In this document: positions 13,095 to 25,548 of the stretch, piece by piece
Layout: the number at the start of each line of letters is the position of its first letter
Position numbering within the stretch: the first letter of the stretch is position 1
Assembly (NCBI RefSeq): GCF_963921235.1
Contig: NW_026948187.1
Span: forward strand, 6,758,001 to 6,822,000
Direction: 5' to 3'
Length of the DNA: 64,000 bases
Origin: Mobula hypostoma
Taxonomy: Eukaryota
Notes under the pieces: generated by a model
Seen by the model: the letters and a program-made list of their open reading frames with translations, nothing else
The model's database searches: none
Told to the model about the DNA's origin: nothing
Position numbers and translations under genes: made by a program

Positions 13095-13486
13095 TCACAG
13101 CCTGGAGTTGTCGTTATCTTCATCACGGGAGGATGTGACCCACTTATCAGTCCAAGTGGAGGAAGGGGTTACCAGGCGGGTTGACAATCAAAAAATGTCT
13201 CGAATGACGAACGGCCTCTTTACTCTTGTTGTTGCCCGTGAGGTTTTCGCTTGAGTCAATAAACAGCTGAATGACGCTGCTGACGTTGGTTGAGAGATTG
13301 ATTTCTTCACACCAGTATTCCAGATTTTCCATCATCTTCCCAGATGCCGATTCTTCACAATGTTTATTTCCCAACAACCTTCCTCCCGCCTCCAATTCTA
13401 TTCAAAGTGTCAATCGGGGTCTTTTTACCAATCCTCAACCTCTCTCCACGGGCGCTCCGCCACCTCTCCCCCGATACACTGCGTGC

Positions 13487-14002
13487 NNNNNNNNNNNNNN
13501 NNNNNNNNNNNNNNNNNNNNNNNNNNNNNNNNNNNNNNNNNNNNNNNNNNNNNNNNNNNNNNNNNNNNNNNNNNNNNNNNNNNNNNNNNNNNNNNNNNNN
13601 NNNNNNNNNNNNNNNNNNNNNNNNNNNNNNNNNNNNNNNNNNNNNNNNNNNNNNNNNNNNNNNNNNNNNNNNNNNNNNNNNNNNNNNNNNNNNNNNNNNN
13701 NNNNNNNNNNNNNNNNNNNNNNNNNNNNNNNNNNNNNNNNNNNNNNNNNNNNNNNNNNNNNNNNNNNNNNNNNNNNNNNNNNNNNNNNNNNNNNNNNNNN
13801 NNNNNNNNNNNNNNNNNNNNNNNNNNNNNNNNNNNNNNNNNNNNNNNNNNNNNNNNNNNNNNNNNNNNNNNNNNNNNNNNNNNNNNNNNNNNNNNNNNNN
13901 NNNNNNNNNNNNNNNNNNNNNNNNNNNNNNNNNNNNNNNNNNNNNNNNNNNNNNNNNNNNNNNNNNNNNNNNNNNNNNNNNNNNNNNNNNNNNNNNNNNN
14001 NN
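13487..14002. other. Assembly gap
   Basis: N run; further gaps at 21017-21169, 26698-27114, 31383-31562 and 41550-41690. Confidence 1.
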
Positions 14003-14537
14003 CTCAGAATGGAAGCACGTTCTTCTCGAGCGACTTTATATTTAAAGCTTTCTCGAACCAATGGGTTCCCCGGACGACCGACGCGAGGGCTTAAAAATAT
14101 CGGTGAACACTCCAGTCAAAAGCCTCAGCTGCAAATTCCCCTCTCTGTCCGTCAGTCGGATTGGACAAGTTCCCATGTTCGACGGGCTTCTGTTGCTAAT
14201 TCCATCTCTGTGTGACACTGAATGGGACGCTGTTTAAGGATTGGCGGGGGACAACGTGTGAATACTATGCCTCTAGTTATAGTGGTTTATTCGGCTGCCT
14301 GTGACTCTGAAGTGACAGGGAAATGTAAATCTACGGCCTGAGGATGGAAGTAACAGCTGCAATTTCGTGGCACTCGGTGCCCCATTCCGACTCAGGACCA
14401 TTACCTCGACGCTTTGTCTCGCATACCAATTTCCCATTGGCTACGTGGCGCCAAGCGCAGTGACGTCAGTTGTCAGGTGTTGACTTGTGACGTATACCCT
14501 CCGCTGCTGACGTCAGCCAAACCCACTCACACTGTGA

Positions 14538-14576
14538 AGTTTTTGTTCGGCGTCTCCGTCTCTCTGAGTCGCCGTG
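14538..14576 (-). other. 23-RSS of V4
   Basis: CACGGCG-23-ACAAAAACT. Confidence 0.92.
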
Positions 14577-15230
14577 ATCTCTCCAGGCGCAGAAATACAC
14601 GGCCGACGAATTCGTCTGGAGACCGGAGGACTTTCAGATTGAACTTGTTGCTAGTCGGTCTCTCCGCCGTGAAGCCGTCCACAGTGCTCGAGGTGAAAAG
14701 GAGCTGGGGTTCGTTTCCCCGGTATTGTCTGTACCAGAAGAGATAATTAGTACTACCGCTGCTCATCCCCTCGACTGTGCATTCCAGCTCCACCTTCTCC
14801 CGGGAGGAGCGGAGAATGCCGGAGTCTGGTGAATCGTCACTGAGGTGGCATCTGGAAAAGAGACAGAAATCGGAAGAGGATGAATATTGCATTTTGCGGT
14901 GAATTTTGGGAAGGGGGGGGGAAGGAAGGTGAACAGTAGGCATCGGGGAAGAGCGGTAGGGTGAATCAACTTGAAGACCCGGGGCAGCGGAGGAGAACAA
15001 GTCAATGAGGTCGATTGACGAGGGGGGACTTGGAACGGAGGGAGATAAAGAGGGAAGATGAATAGATTTCAATAGGAATTGCGGACAAAGTTGGAGTAAG
15101 AAAGACACCAGTCAGTATACGCGGGTTAGATCACGCAGGGAAATGGCGGACGAAAGAGAGAAAAATAAATAACTATTTGCAAGTTTCACTCACGCTGGAA
15201 GGAGAGGATCAGTTGTAGGAACGGTAACAC
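14577..15230 (-). pseudogene. TCR V pseudogene, family B2 (V4): leader 15194-15230, V exon 14577-14851
   Basis: Start codon GTG; frameshift after SAPPG; CDR2 deleted (TSST-VDG versus TSSITKSVQPPGPVxG in paralogues); second frameshift at LK|SSG. Confidence 0.9.
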
Positions 15231-15615
15231 CTTTGTGGGGCGCTTCTTCTCTCAGTAATGGAAGAGATGAGAATGGCAGCGTTGAATTTTTTACCTTTCA
15301 TTTCACTCCTTACCTATCTCTGTGAGATCGGCAGTTAGGATAGTCCACGCCCACATCCACTCTGGCCAGTCGGAATGCAGACTCGTATCAATCGCACCGC
15401 CGAATCCCCGCACCTCCCCCACCACCCCGCGCCCCCAAGCTTGTTGCAATCTTTTCTCTATCCTGGTAGTTTTCTGTATTTCTCTCTCCTTTTCTCCGTG
15501 ATGGATTCTCATGCATGTAATAAGTCTCATTATCGGAGCCCATCAGTAACATCGTCAGAAATTGTTGTGCCTTCGAACCCCCGTTCTACCTCTCACGCTC
15601 TCCATCTGCCTCTCC

Positions 15616-15676
<61 letters not shown>

Positions 15677-16314
15677 TCTTTCCCCCATTCTCTCCCCTCT
15701 TTCTCTCTTCTTCCCTCCCTCTCTCTCTCTCCCTCGCTCCCTCCCCCTCTCCCCCCCTTTCCCGTTCTCTCGCTCTCTCCTTCTCCCCCCGATATGAATT
15801 ATCTCTATCAATCTGTCCGGTGTTCATCTGACTGTCTACCTATATGTCTGCGTGCCCACCTAGTTATTTTTAAGCAACGGACTCGCAAATTCCTGGAGGA
15901 ATTCATCAGCATCTATAGAAATGAATGAGAGTCTATTTTTCGGGACGGCATTGAAAGATTCGGCAGAGAGGGCGGATAAAAGGATGGAACCCGAGATTGA
16001 GCGTAGACGAGTTAGGGAAAAAAGATTAAGAGAGACGCAATGGCCTGCGCAGCGGAGAGGTAGGAGGTACTGAGGAAAGACGGAATGATTAAGGGGCGTA
16101 GACGTGTAGAGATGTGAGAGAAGAAACGGAGAGAGAATGAATAAGACTTCGGGGAAAAGTGTGAAGAAAGAAAGAGAGAGCAAGAGAGAGGAGGGCAAAT
16201 CAGGAGGAGTGACTACAGGTAGAGAGAGGAATAAGATACAGGGGGTTAGAGGTGGAGTGTAGGGGACAGAAGGAGAAATTGGGGCGCTAACGTAGCCTAA
16301 CGCTGTACAGCACC

Positions 16315-16450
16315 AGCGACGCGGGTTCTATTCCCCCCGCTGTTTGCTGAGAGTTTGTGAGTTTTTCCCGTCACGGTGCAGTTTTCCATGCGGTGCTCCG
16401 GTTTCCTCCCAAATTCCGAAGACCTACGGTTTAGTGGATGGATTAGCCTT
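16315..16450 (+). mobile_element. SINE core fragment (V-SINE/HE1-like); copies at ~31592-31705 (+), ~50315-50422 (-), ~52560-52678 (-)
   Basis: GAGTTTG..TTCCCGTCA..GGTGCTCCGGTTTCCTCCCA core motif typical of fish and shark tRNA-SINEs. Confidence 0.6.
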
Positions 16451-16941
16451 GTCGTACTCAGCAACCAGTCTCTCTATCAGTCAGTCCAGTCCATCAGACT
16501 TTCTACCAATCCTCCTGTGCGCGCAGATATATATTTTGAGACAACACACATAAAACGCTGGCGGTCAGACAGCTTCTACAGAAATGAATGAACTGTCGAT
16601 ATTTCATGCCGGGATAAAAAGCTGGGCGGTGGGTGAAGCCAGGTCTGTAGGAAAGACGAAGGGCTGGCGTGATTGCATTTTATAGTGGTTTATTCGGCTG
16701 CCTGTGACTCTGAAGTGACAGGGAAATGTTTATCTACGGCGAGAGGATGGAAGTAACAGCAGCAATTTCGTGGCACTCGGTGCCCCATTCCGACTCAGGA
16801 CCATTAGCTCGACGCTTTGTCTCGCATACCAATTTCCCATTGGGTGCTGAACACCAAGCGCGGTGACGTCAGCAGTCAGGTGTTGACATGTGACGCATAT
16901 CCTCTCGCTGCTGACGACATCCAAACCCACACAGACTGTGA

Positions 16942-16980
16942 GGTTTTTGTTCGGCGTCTCCGTCTCTCTGAGTCGCCGTG
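16942..16980 (-). other. 23-RSS of V5
   Basis: CACGGCG-23-ACAAAAACC. Confidence 0.93.
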
Positions 16981-17653
16981 ATCTCTCCAGGCGCAGAAAT
17001 ACACGGCCGACGAATTCTTCTGGAGGCCGGAGGAGTTCAGATAGAACTTGTTGAGACTCGGTCTCCCCGCCGTGAAGCCGTCCACTGGGCCCGGCGGCTG
17101 CACGTATTTAGTTATGCTCGAGGTGAAAAGGGCCTGGGGTTCGTTTCCCCGGTATTGTCTGTACCAGAAGAGATAATCACCGCTGCTGCTGCCACCATCT
17201 ACCGTGCATTCCAGCAACACGCCGTCGCCGGGTCGGCCGGAAAATGCCGGGGTCTGGCGGATCGTCACCGCGTTGGCATCTGGAAAAAAGAGGGGAAGGA
17301 GAAGAGGGTGATTAAACGCTGTTCATGGTGTAATTGGGACGGGGGGCGGAGTGCGAAGGTGAATGGCAGGAAAAGAAGAGATCGATTGAATGTTGTCACC
17401 TAGACGTCATCTGGAAAAGAGCGGAACGGTGTGAATAAACATGGATTCCGCGGGCAATTGAGAACGATAAGGTCGATTCAAGACTGGCGACATTGCAAAG
17501 AGCGAGTTAAAGAGTGGGAATGGGACGGGTCCAGTCCATTTCGATCGGTCAGGTCGTGAGGGAAATGGAAAACGAAAGCGACAGTAAAAAATAAATATTG
17601 GGCAATTTTCGCTCACAGTGGAAGGCGACGATCAGTTGCAGCAACAACAACAT
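16981..17653 (-). CDS. TRBV: TCR V segment, family B1 (V5), apparently functional: leader 17617-17653, V exon 16981-17279
   Basis: Leader MLLLLQLIVAFH, GT/AG intron, V: ANAVTIRQTP..LECTVDGGSSSGDYLFWYRQYRG..KNSSAVYFCAWRD. Confidence 0.92.
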
Positions 17654-19863
17654 GTTTGTTGGGCGTTTCTTCCCTCAGTAATGGAAGAGGTGGGTACAGC
17701 AGCGTTGAATCTTCTGCCTTTGCTTTCAATCTGAAGCTGCGCATCTTTCTGAAATAATGTTTAATGCGCAATTAGGATTAGCCACGCCCCCATCCTCTCT
17801 GGTCCAATCGGAATGGTGATGAGTGTCAATTCCACCGCCGAATCCCCGCCCTCAATCTCGCTGCAGTTGCTTCCCTCCCCTGACATCTTTCTAAACTGCT
17901 CTCTCTATTTCTTCGAGACGGATTTGTCCTCATTTCCTCGAACGCGGGCTCTCCGTTCTCTCACTATCTTTCTCCGGTAATTTTTAATTCCATTCGTGCT
18001 GACCCGCTCCCTGCTCGACCTCGATGTTGCACTCAGCGCCGAGACTCGTAGCTAATCAGTTCGTCACATCCGACGGTGTACCTACCTACCCGTGCGCTCA
18101 ATAATTATATATATACAAACGTTTATATATATATATCTGTCCTGCCACTCCTTGTTTGCCTATTGCACTTGTAAAATGAAGTACTACCTCTCCTACTGGA
18201 CATCCCTCCCCACATATGTGACGTACCGGTTTTGTCTGTTTGTCTCTCTATATGTTGGCCCGTGTGCCTCTCCGTCCATCGGTTAATCGATCTGTCTATC
18301 TGTCTGTCAGAATTGATCTGTCCGTCTGATTGTCTGTTTGACTGACTGTCTATCTGTCCACTTTGGTGTGACATGTCTCTAATTACCCGTCTCCGATCGG
18401 GCTGAATGGTGAACGAAGAAAACTCTCTTTCTGCCCTGTTTCTTCTTGCTGTTCCTCATGCCCGCCGCTTCCTTGACATACACACTCTCCCACACTGTTT
18501 ATTCACCTCTTTCTCACTGCATCCGTCCATCTGTTCGTCTCTGAGACTCTCATCTCGGAATCTGACTGACCATGAAGAGTAGCAGTGCGCATGAAGAAAG
18601 GAAGTGGGACTGAATACTGGGGCCGACCACAGCGCCCTGATGTCCGCGGATACTCCTGAGACCCGTCATTCATCAGTTGACCTGCAGATGGCGCTGCGAA
18701 ACCAGCTGTCGACTGGCCGGTCACAGCATCTTAGTTATGTTTTGTGTGCTGGGGGAGGAATGATCTGCTGATGAAAAGGAACGGTGTGGGGAACACGAAC
18801 ATAAATTAAGGGGCAGTGGAGGAAAATGAGAGAGTATGCACAACTACTGTTCCTCTGTTCCGGTGTATTCCCTGCCACATACACTTGTAAATCGACATCC
18901 CTCCAAGCTCTAATATTCCCCAGCATTCATAAAATTTCTCCTCCCCTTATAAACTGACGTAGATCTGCACCTCGATATCGTCCCTCTCTCCAATACTAAC
19001 ACGTGTGCCGTCCTTGTTCACTGAGTCCCCCCCTGTCCCTGGACTCTTCCCAGCCTTCATAGCGCGCGTCCTAATTTTACAACCCGAGGACCGTCTGTCA
19101 CTTGACTCTCCCCACCATTTATGGTATGTCCGTGGTCCTTCTATATCTCGACACTCATCACTAGTCACGATGTGTGTCCTACCCTTGTACACCGAGGTCC
19201 CTCTGTCCCTAGACACTCCTCACCCTTCACGGTGTGCTTCGTACGCTTGTACTCAGAGCTCGCTCTGTTCCCTCAGCACTTCCCGCCATGCATAATATGT
19301 GTCCTTTTCTCGTACCCCGCAGTCCCACTGTCCATCGAGGCACCCAACATTCAAGGCGTGCAGGTTGATAGAGAGTGCAAAAGGTGAGCCGATAGAGATG
19401 CAGCAGGAATGCCTGCCAGAGATAGAGCGGCGTAGAACCACCTTACTTTTCGGAGAAAGACAGGACATGGGATTTTATGTTGAAGTTGTATAAGACATTG
19501 ATGAGGCCTACTTTGGTGTATTGTGTGCGGATTTGGTCACCCACCTACAGGAAAGGTGTACAAAAGGTTGAACGAGTCCAGTTGATATCGTGCATCCTTG
19601 CCAGACGGGACGCACGGTGGAAAATCGCGTCAAGGAGCACAGGGGAAGTATCCGTATGGGTTACCTGGAGAAATTGGACGTAGCGGAATATTGCCTTGGT
19701 AAGGCAATAGGGTTGGCTTCGACGGTGCAAAACTACCGCGCCGTTTGGCTTTTGGGACGGCCTGATAAAAGAGAAATGATACGGATTCGCAGGCCGCGAG
19801 TTATTTTCCACAATCAATGGCTGAGAGGATGCGGACTCAGAGCGGGAGGAACAAAGCTCTCCC

Positions 19864-20670
19864 GGATTTGCACATAGTTCCCGATTGGCTGATTGTCTCC
19901 ATGAGCGCCAACACCCTACACTATCCTCAAGGTTACCGGTAAATGGACCGCATGACTGTTCAGTCTGTCCTGCCCCGGACCCGCTCATATTCTGGAAACC
20001 AAAAGCGTGATACTGTTGTTCCTGGCGGCGGTGCTCTGGTTTGGATGTAAATGATTATTTCCAACGGCGTTTTATTTCCTACTTTTTTTTTCAAATTTCT
20101 TTCCTTTCTTGCTCGATATTACTTTCACCTCGCGACCCTTTTGTGATGTCTTGGATTCAGGCCTTCTCTACGTCCTCACAACCGCACGGGAGGCTTCACC
20201 CGCTTCTGCCTCCCTCTGTCCGGCTCTACCGTCAGTCACTGCTGTCTCACATTCTGTCCTCATCCGCCCCCCCGCCCTTTCTGTCTGCCTTCCTTCTCTC
20301 ACTCTCTCTCCCTTCTCGCTCTCTTCACCTTCCATTTCACCGGCACCTCGTTGCTTTTGTCTGCATCTCTCCATTCTACCTTTACCTTTATCTGTACCCT
20401 ACCTCCCAATTTTCTCTCTTCCTACTCTCTCTTCCCTTTCCGTTCGCTTGCAACCCAGTGCTTCTCCCGGCATCTTTCCATTCTGTCTTCCTCCGTTTTC
20501 CAGACTCCCGCTGACCACCCACATCAGCCCGTTTCCCTCCCAGATGTCGGCTCAGTGACCGTTGTCTAGAGCCCGGCTGAGATGCACCGTGGACAGCAGT
20601 GACGACAGGATGTACAAATACAGACAGCAGCCCGGAATGGAGATCCAGATCCTGTTTTACTCCCTGAACA
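19864..20670 (+). pseudogene. Family-A V pseudogene, 5' half only (decayed promoter, leader ~20007-20046, V remnant ~20543-20670)
   Basis: ATTTGCAC/ATTGG promoter relic; leader lacks ATG and ends WFG|GTAAAT; V remnant DVGSVTVV* with an internal deletion, W41 lost, truncated after QILFYSLN. Confidence 0.8.
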
Positions 20671-21221
20671 CCCTGAACCGAGTGTGCAGAGGAAACAGAT
20701 AGAGAGGAGCTGCGTGCGGGTACTCGAGGGTCGGCAGATAAACTGACAGAGGATGAGTGGATGAATGAGAGGGAGAACTTGACAGAGACAGAGAGAAAGG
20801 AAGAGAGAATTCTGCATTGCAGAAAACCACAGATTACTTTTCACCGAATCAGATGTTGACTGCCAAACTCGGTTCGTCGTATATCGTTCAGGAAGTTAGG
20901 AACGTCAAAGGAACTGGTGGTTTTCGGTCTCCGGAAAGTCTCAAAAAGCTGAGAGATTTCAAGTAGATAGACAGGCAGACAGACAGATAGACAGATAAGT
21001 AGATAGATTGTGAAAANNNNNNNNNNNNNNNNNNNNNNNNNNNNNNNNNNNNNNNNNNNNNNNNNNNNNNNNNNNNNNNNNNNNNNNNNNNNNNNNNNNN
21101 NNNNNNNNNNNNNNNNNNNNNNNNNNNNNNNNNNNNNNNNNNNNNNNNNNNNNNNNNNNNNNNNNNNNNTAAATTTATTCTCCGCAAATAATATCGGATA
21201 GGGATGACGAAACGCTCAAGA

Positions 21222-21820
21222 ATTTGCATATCGCTTCTGATTGGTTGATTGTGGTCAGGTGCGCTTCCAGCCAGCTACATGCGCAAGCGCACATGTAAAA
21301 GGGACCGCTCAGTCGGTCCTCCTCTGGTCCCGCTAATGTTTCTGACCGGAAAAAGCGATGTTACTGTTACTGTCAGTCGTGCTTGGGTTTGAATGTAAAT
21401 TAATTTTTACAACCGCGTTTCACTTCTTCCCCTTTTTCGCTTTACGGGGTTTTCTTGATCGCTATTATTTTCAGATCACGAATTCGATTCATGGCTTCTC
21501 TCCGTCCTCAGTCCGGCTTGCGTGATCTCGATTGCATCTTTACTCGCTCCGTCCATCCGTCCTCTCTCCTACACACTCTATCTAACTCTCTCTATCCTCT
21601 CCATCAAACGCTCTTTTGTCTACCCTCCGGTCTCTTCCTCTCTTTTCTCTCCTGTTAACTCCTCCAGCCCTATTTTTTGGCATCTTCCTATTCTACCTTT
21701 CTCTACTTTCTCAATATCTCCTTCGATTCTCTCTGTCTGCCCCCCTCTCTTTTAATCTTCACCCGTGCACAACTGCTCTCTCCTGTATCTCTCCATGTTA
21801 CATTTCTCCATTCCTCTCCC
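21222..21820 (+). pseudogene. Orphan family-A promoter + leader (21358-21394) + partial intron; V exon deleted
   Basis: Octamer ATTTGCAT 21222-21229, leader MLLLLSVVLGFE, donor GTAAAT; intron homologous to 27355-27800, then abruptly joins family-B 3' flank sequence. Confidence 0.85.
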
Positions 21821-22365
21821 TGGTTATATTGGTTTATTCGGCTGTCTGTGACTCTGAATTGACAGGGAAATTAAATCTACGGCGAGAGGATGGAAGTAAC
21901 AGCTGCAATTTCGTGGCACTCGGTGCCCCATTCCGACTCCGGACATTACCTAATGCTTTGTCTCAATACTATTTTCCCATTGGCTACGTGGCGCCAAGCG
22001 CGGTGACGTCAGTAGTCAGGTGTTGACAGGCGACGTATGACAGGCCGCAGCTGAGGGTGAAGCTAGGTGTGTAGGAAAGACGAAGGGCTGGCGTGATGGC
22101 ATTTTATAGTGGTTTATTCGGCTGCCTGTGACTCTGAAGTGACAGGGAAATGTAAACCTGCAGCGAGAGGATGGAAGGAACAGCTGCAATTTCGTGGCAC
22201 TCGGTATCTCATTCCGACTCAGGGCCATTACCTCGATGCGTTGTCTCGCATACCAATTTCCCTTTGGGTGCCACACACCAAGCGCGATGACGTCAGTTGT
22301 CAGGTGTTGACTTGTGACGCATATCCTCTCGCTGCTGACGACAGCCAAACCCACACAGACTGTGA

Positions 22366-22404
22366 GGTTTTTGTTCGGCGTCTCCGTCTCTCTGAGTCGC
22401 CGTG
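22366..22404 (-). other. 23-RSS of V6
   Basis: CACGGCG-23-ACAAAAACC. Confidence 0.93.
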
Positions 22405-23084
22405 ATCTCTCCAGGCGCAGAAATACACGGCCGACGAATTCGCCTGGAGGCCGGAGGACTTCAGATAGAACTTGTTGTTACTCGGTCTCTCCGCCGTGAA
22501 GCCGTCCACTGGGCCCGGCGGCTGCACGTATTCGGTTATGGTAGAGGTGAAAAGCGCCAGCGGTCCGTTTCCCCGGTATTGTCTGTACCAGAGGAGAGTA
22601 TCATCACTCCCGCTGCTGCCTCCCTCTATCGTGCACTCTATCACCACGGCCTCGCCGGGACGGGAGGAAATTGCCGGGGTCTGGTGGATCGTCACCGCGT
22701 TGGCATCTGGAAAAGAGACGGGAAGTGGAAGAGTGTGAATAAACGCGGTTGATGGAGTAATTGCGTCGTCGCGGTGGGGACGAAGCTGAATGGAAGGATA
22801 AGAAGAGATCGATGGAAGGACGTCACCGAGATGTCATCTGATAAAAGATCGGAACGGGGTGAATAAACATGGATACCGGGGGCAATTGAGAATGAAGCAA
22901 TAAGGTAGATTCAAGGCTGGAGGGACATTGAATTGTGGACAAAGTTGGAATGAAACGGAGAACAATCCATTTCGATGGGTTAGATCGTGAGGCAAATGAG
23001 AAAAGAAAGCGAGAATAATAGATAAATATTTGGCAGATTTCACTCACAGTGGAAGGCGAGGATCAGTTGCAACAACAGAAACAT
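22405..23084 (-). CDS. TRBV: TCR V segment, family B1 (V6), apparently functional: leader 23048-23084, V exon 22405-22706
   Basis: Leader MFLLLQLILAFH, donor GTGAGT; V: TIHQTPAISSRPGEAVVIECTIEGGSSGSDDTLLWYRQ..ANSSAVYFCAWRD. Confidence 0.92.
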
Positions 23085-25019
23085 GTTTTTTGGGCGGTTC
23101 TTTTCTCAGTGATGGAAGAGATGTGTCCAGCGGCAATACCGCTACTGCCTTCAATTTCACTCTGAACTTACGAGTCTCTGTGAAATAATGTTTCATGCGC
23201 ATTTTGGATTGGCCACGCCTCCTTCCTTTCTGATCCAATCGGAGTGGTTGTCTGTGTTAATTCCACCGCCGATTCCCCGCCACTGATATCCTTCCAAACT
23301 CCTCTCTCTGTCTCTTACAATCGGGTTTGTCCTCACTTCCTTGAACCGAGCTCTCCGTACTCTCACTCTCTTTCTCCCGTAATGTTTAATTCCATTCTTG
23401 CTGACCCGCTCCCTGCTGGACCTCATACATATATGTATGCATGTATATCTGTCCTACCACTCGTTATTTGCCTTTTACCCTTGTAAATTGATGTACTACC
23501 TCTCCTGCAGTACATCCCTGCGAACATATGTGACCTACACCTTTTGTCTGTTTGTCTGTCTCTATGCTGGCCTGTGCGCCTGTTGGTCCAAACGGTAATC
23601 GATCTATCTATCTGTCTGTCAGAATGTATCTGTCCAATTTCGTGTGAGATGTCCTTAATTACCCGTATCAAATCAGACTGAATGGTTACCAACGAAAACT
23701 CTCTTTCTCCCTTGTTTCTTCTTGCTGTTCCTCATACCCGCCGCTTGCTTGACATACACACACTACCCGACTCTTCTCTGTTTCTCTCTGCATCCGTCCA
23801 TCTGTTTGTCTCTGAGACTCTGAACTCAGTAACTGACTGACATTCAAGAGTAGCGGTGGTGAGACTCAATACTGGGGCCGACCACGGCGCCCTGAACTCC
23901 GCAGATACCCCTGAGATCCGTCATAACATCAATTGACCTGCAGATGGCGCAGCGAAACCAGCTGTCGACTGGCGGGTCACAGCAACTTCGTTATAATTTG
24001 TGTGCTGGGGGAAAAATTATCTGCCGGTGAAAAGGAACGGTGTGAGAAACAGGGACAAAAATGAAGGGGGGTGGTGGAAGATGAGAGAGTATGCGAGAAC
24101 TACTATTCCTCTGTTCCAGTGTACTCCCTGCCATATGGTTGTAAATCTACATCCCTCCGAGCGATAACAGTCCCCAGCGTTCATATAATTTCTCCTACCC
24201 TTATAAACTGACGTAGATCTGCATCTCGATATACCCCCTCTCTCCAATACTAATATGTCTACTCTTCTTGTTCATTGAGCCCCCCCTGTCCCTGGACACT
24301 TTACAACCTTCATAGCGCCCGTCCTAACTTTACATCCCGAGGGCCCTCTGTCACTTGACTCTCCCCGCCATTCATGGTGTGTCCGTAGTCCTTCTACACC
24401 GTGGGCCCTCTGTCTACCGACACAGCGCACCGTTCACGGTGTGTGTCTTACGCTTGTACTCCGAGTTCCCTCTGCTCCCTCAGCACGTCCCGTTATAATC
24501 TGTGTCCTTTTCTCGTACCCCCCAGTCCCACTGTCCATCGATGCACCCAACATTCAAGGCGTGCGCTCCACATATGCATACAGAGAGGTCTCTGTTCTTC
24601 AACCCTCACCGCCATTTTCCTTGTGTCTTTACACTCGTACACAGTGGGCTCGGGTACTCAGCGAGGAAATCTGCGTGTTTATCATTCTGCTCCGCCGCCC
24701 GCCTGTCTGTCTGCTCATCTCGGAAACTGACACAGACTCAGCGACATAGCCGGAGCTACAAACAAATACAGACAAACAACTATATTGAGACAAAGGTAGA
24801 GGGCCAAGGGGCGGGGTGGGAGGGGATAGAGAGTGCAAATGTCAGCCGTTAGAGAGGCAGCAGGAAGGCGTGCCAGAGATAGACACGGGGGACACAAGAG
24901 ATCAGCGTACAACCACCTTTTTGCTCGGGGAAGGACAGTTGGTAAGTATCAGAAGGAACCGAAAGGAACCAGAAATAGTCGAACATAATTGGTCGACGGA
25001 TGAAGGGGCGTTATTATTC

Positions 25020-25548
25020 CTTCGTTATTATTTTCTTCTCTCCGTCCTCACTGCTGCACACGTGGCCCGGCTCGCTTCTGACCCCTTCCGTCGGTCCGTC
25101 CTCTCCCCTACCCTCTCACACACAGCCAGAATTCTCCCTCTGTCTTCTCTGTCTTGTTAACTCGTATCGCGCGTCTTATTGTCATCTTCCTATTCTACCT
25201 TTCTCCTCTTTCTGCTCTTTGTCTACGTCTCCCTCTCCCCTCCGTTCTCTCTGTTTGTCGCCCTCTCCCTTCCCCCTCACCGGTGCACATCTGCTCTCCA
25301 CGTTACATTTCTGCATTACTCTCCCTGTTTGCTGCCTTTACCGACTCTCTTCACACTCTGTTGCACTATCTCTCACGCTGACGCTGTCTCTGCCCCTCAA
25401 ACCTCTTTCTCGCCCTCTCTTCATTATCCGTTCATTCTGCTTCTCTCGCCAGTTCTGCATTCTGCCTTTGGCCGTTTTCCAGACTCTCCCTCCTTGCTGA
25501 CCATCTGCATCTACCCGTTGCCTTTCCAGAGTGTCGGCTCGGTGACTC
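25020..25548 (+). pseudogene. Family-A relic: intron homology plus first ~20 nt of a V exon; mirror copy at ~42845-43420 (-)
   Basis: CCAG|AGTGTCGGCTCGGTGAC matches the family-A exon start (xVGSVT), then homology stops. Confidence 0.65.

Noticed and set aside
13271-14215. Long ORFs spanning N runs (also at 21.0, 26.6-27.3, 31.3-31.7 and 41.4-41.9 kb)
   Set aside because: Artefacts of translating gaps.
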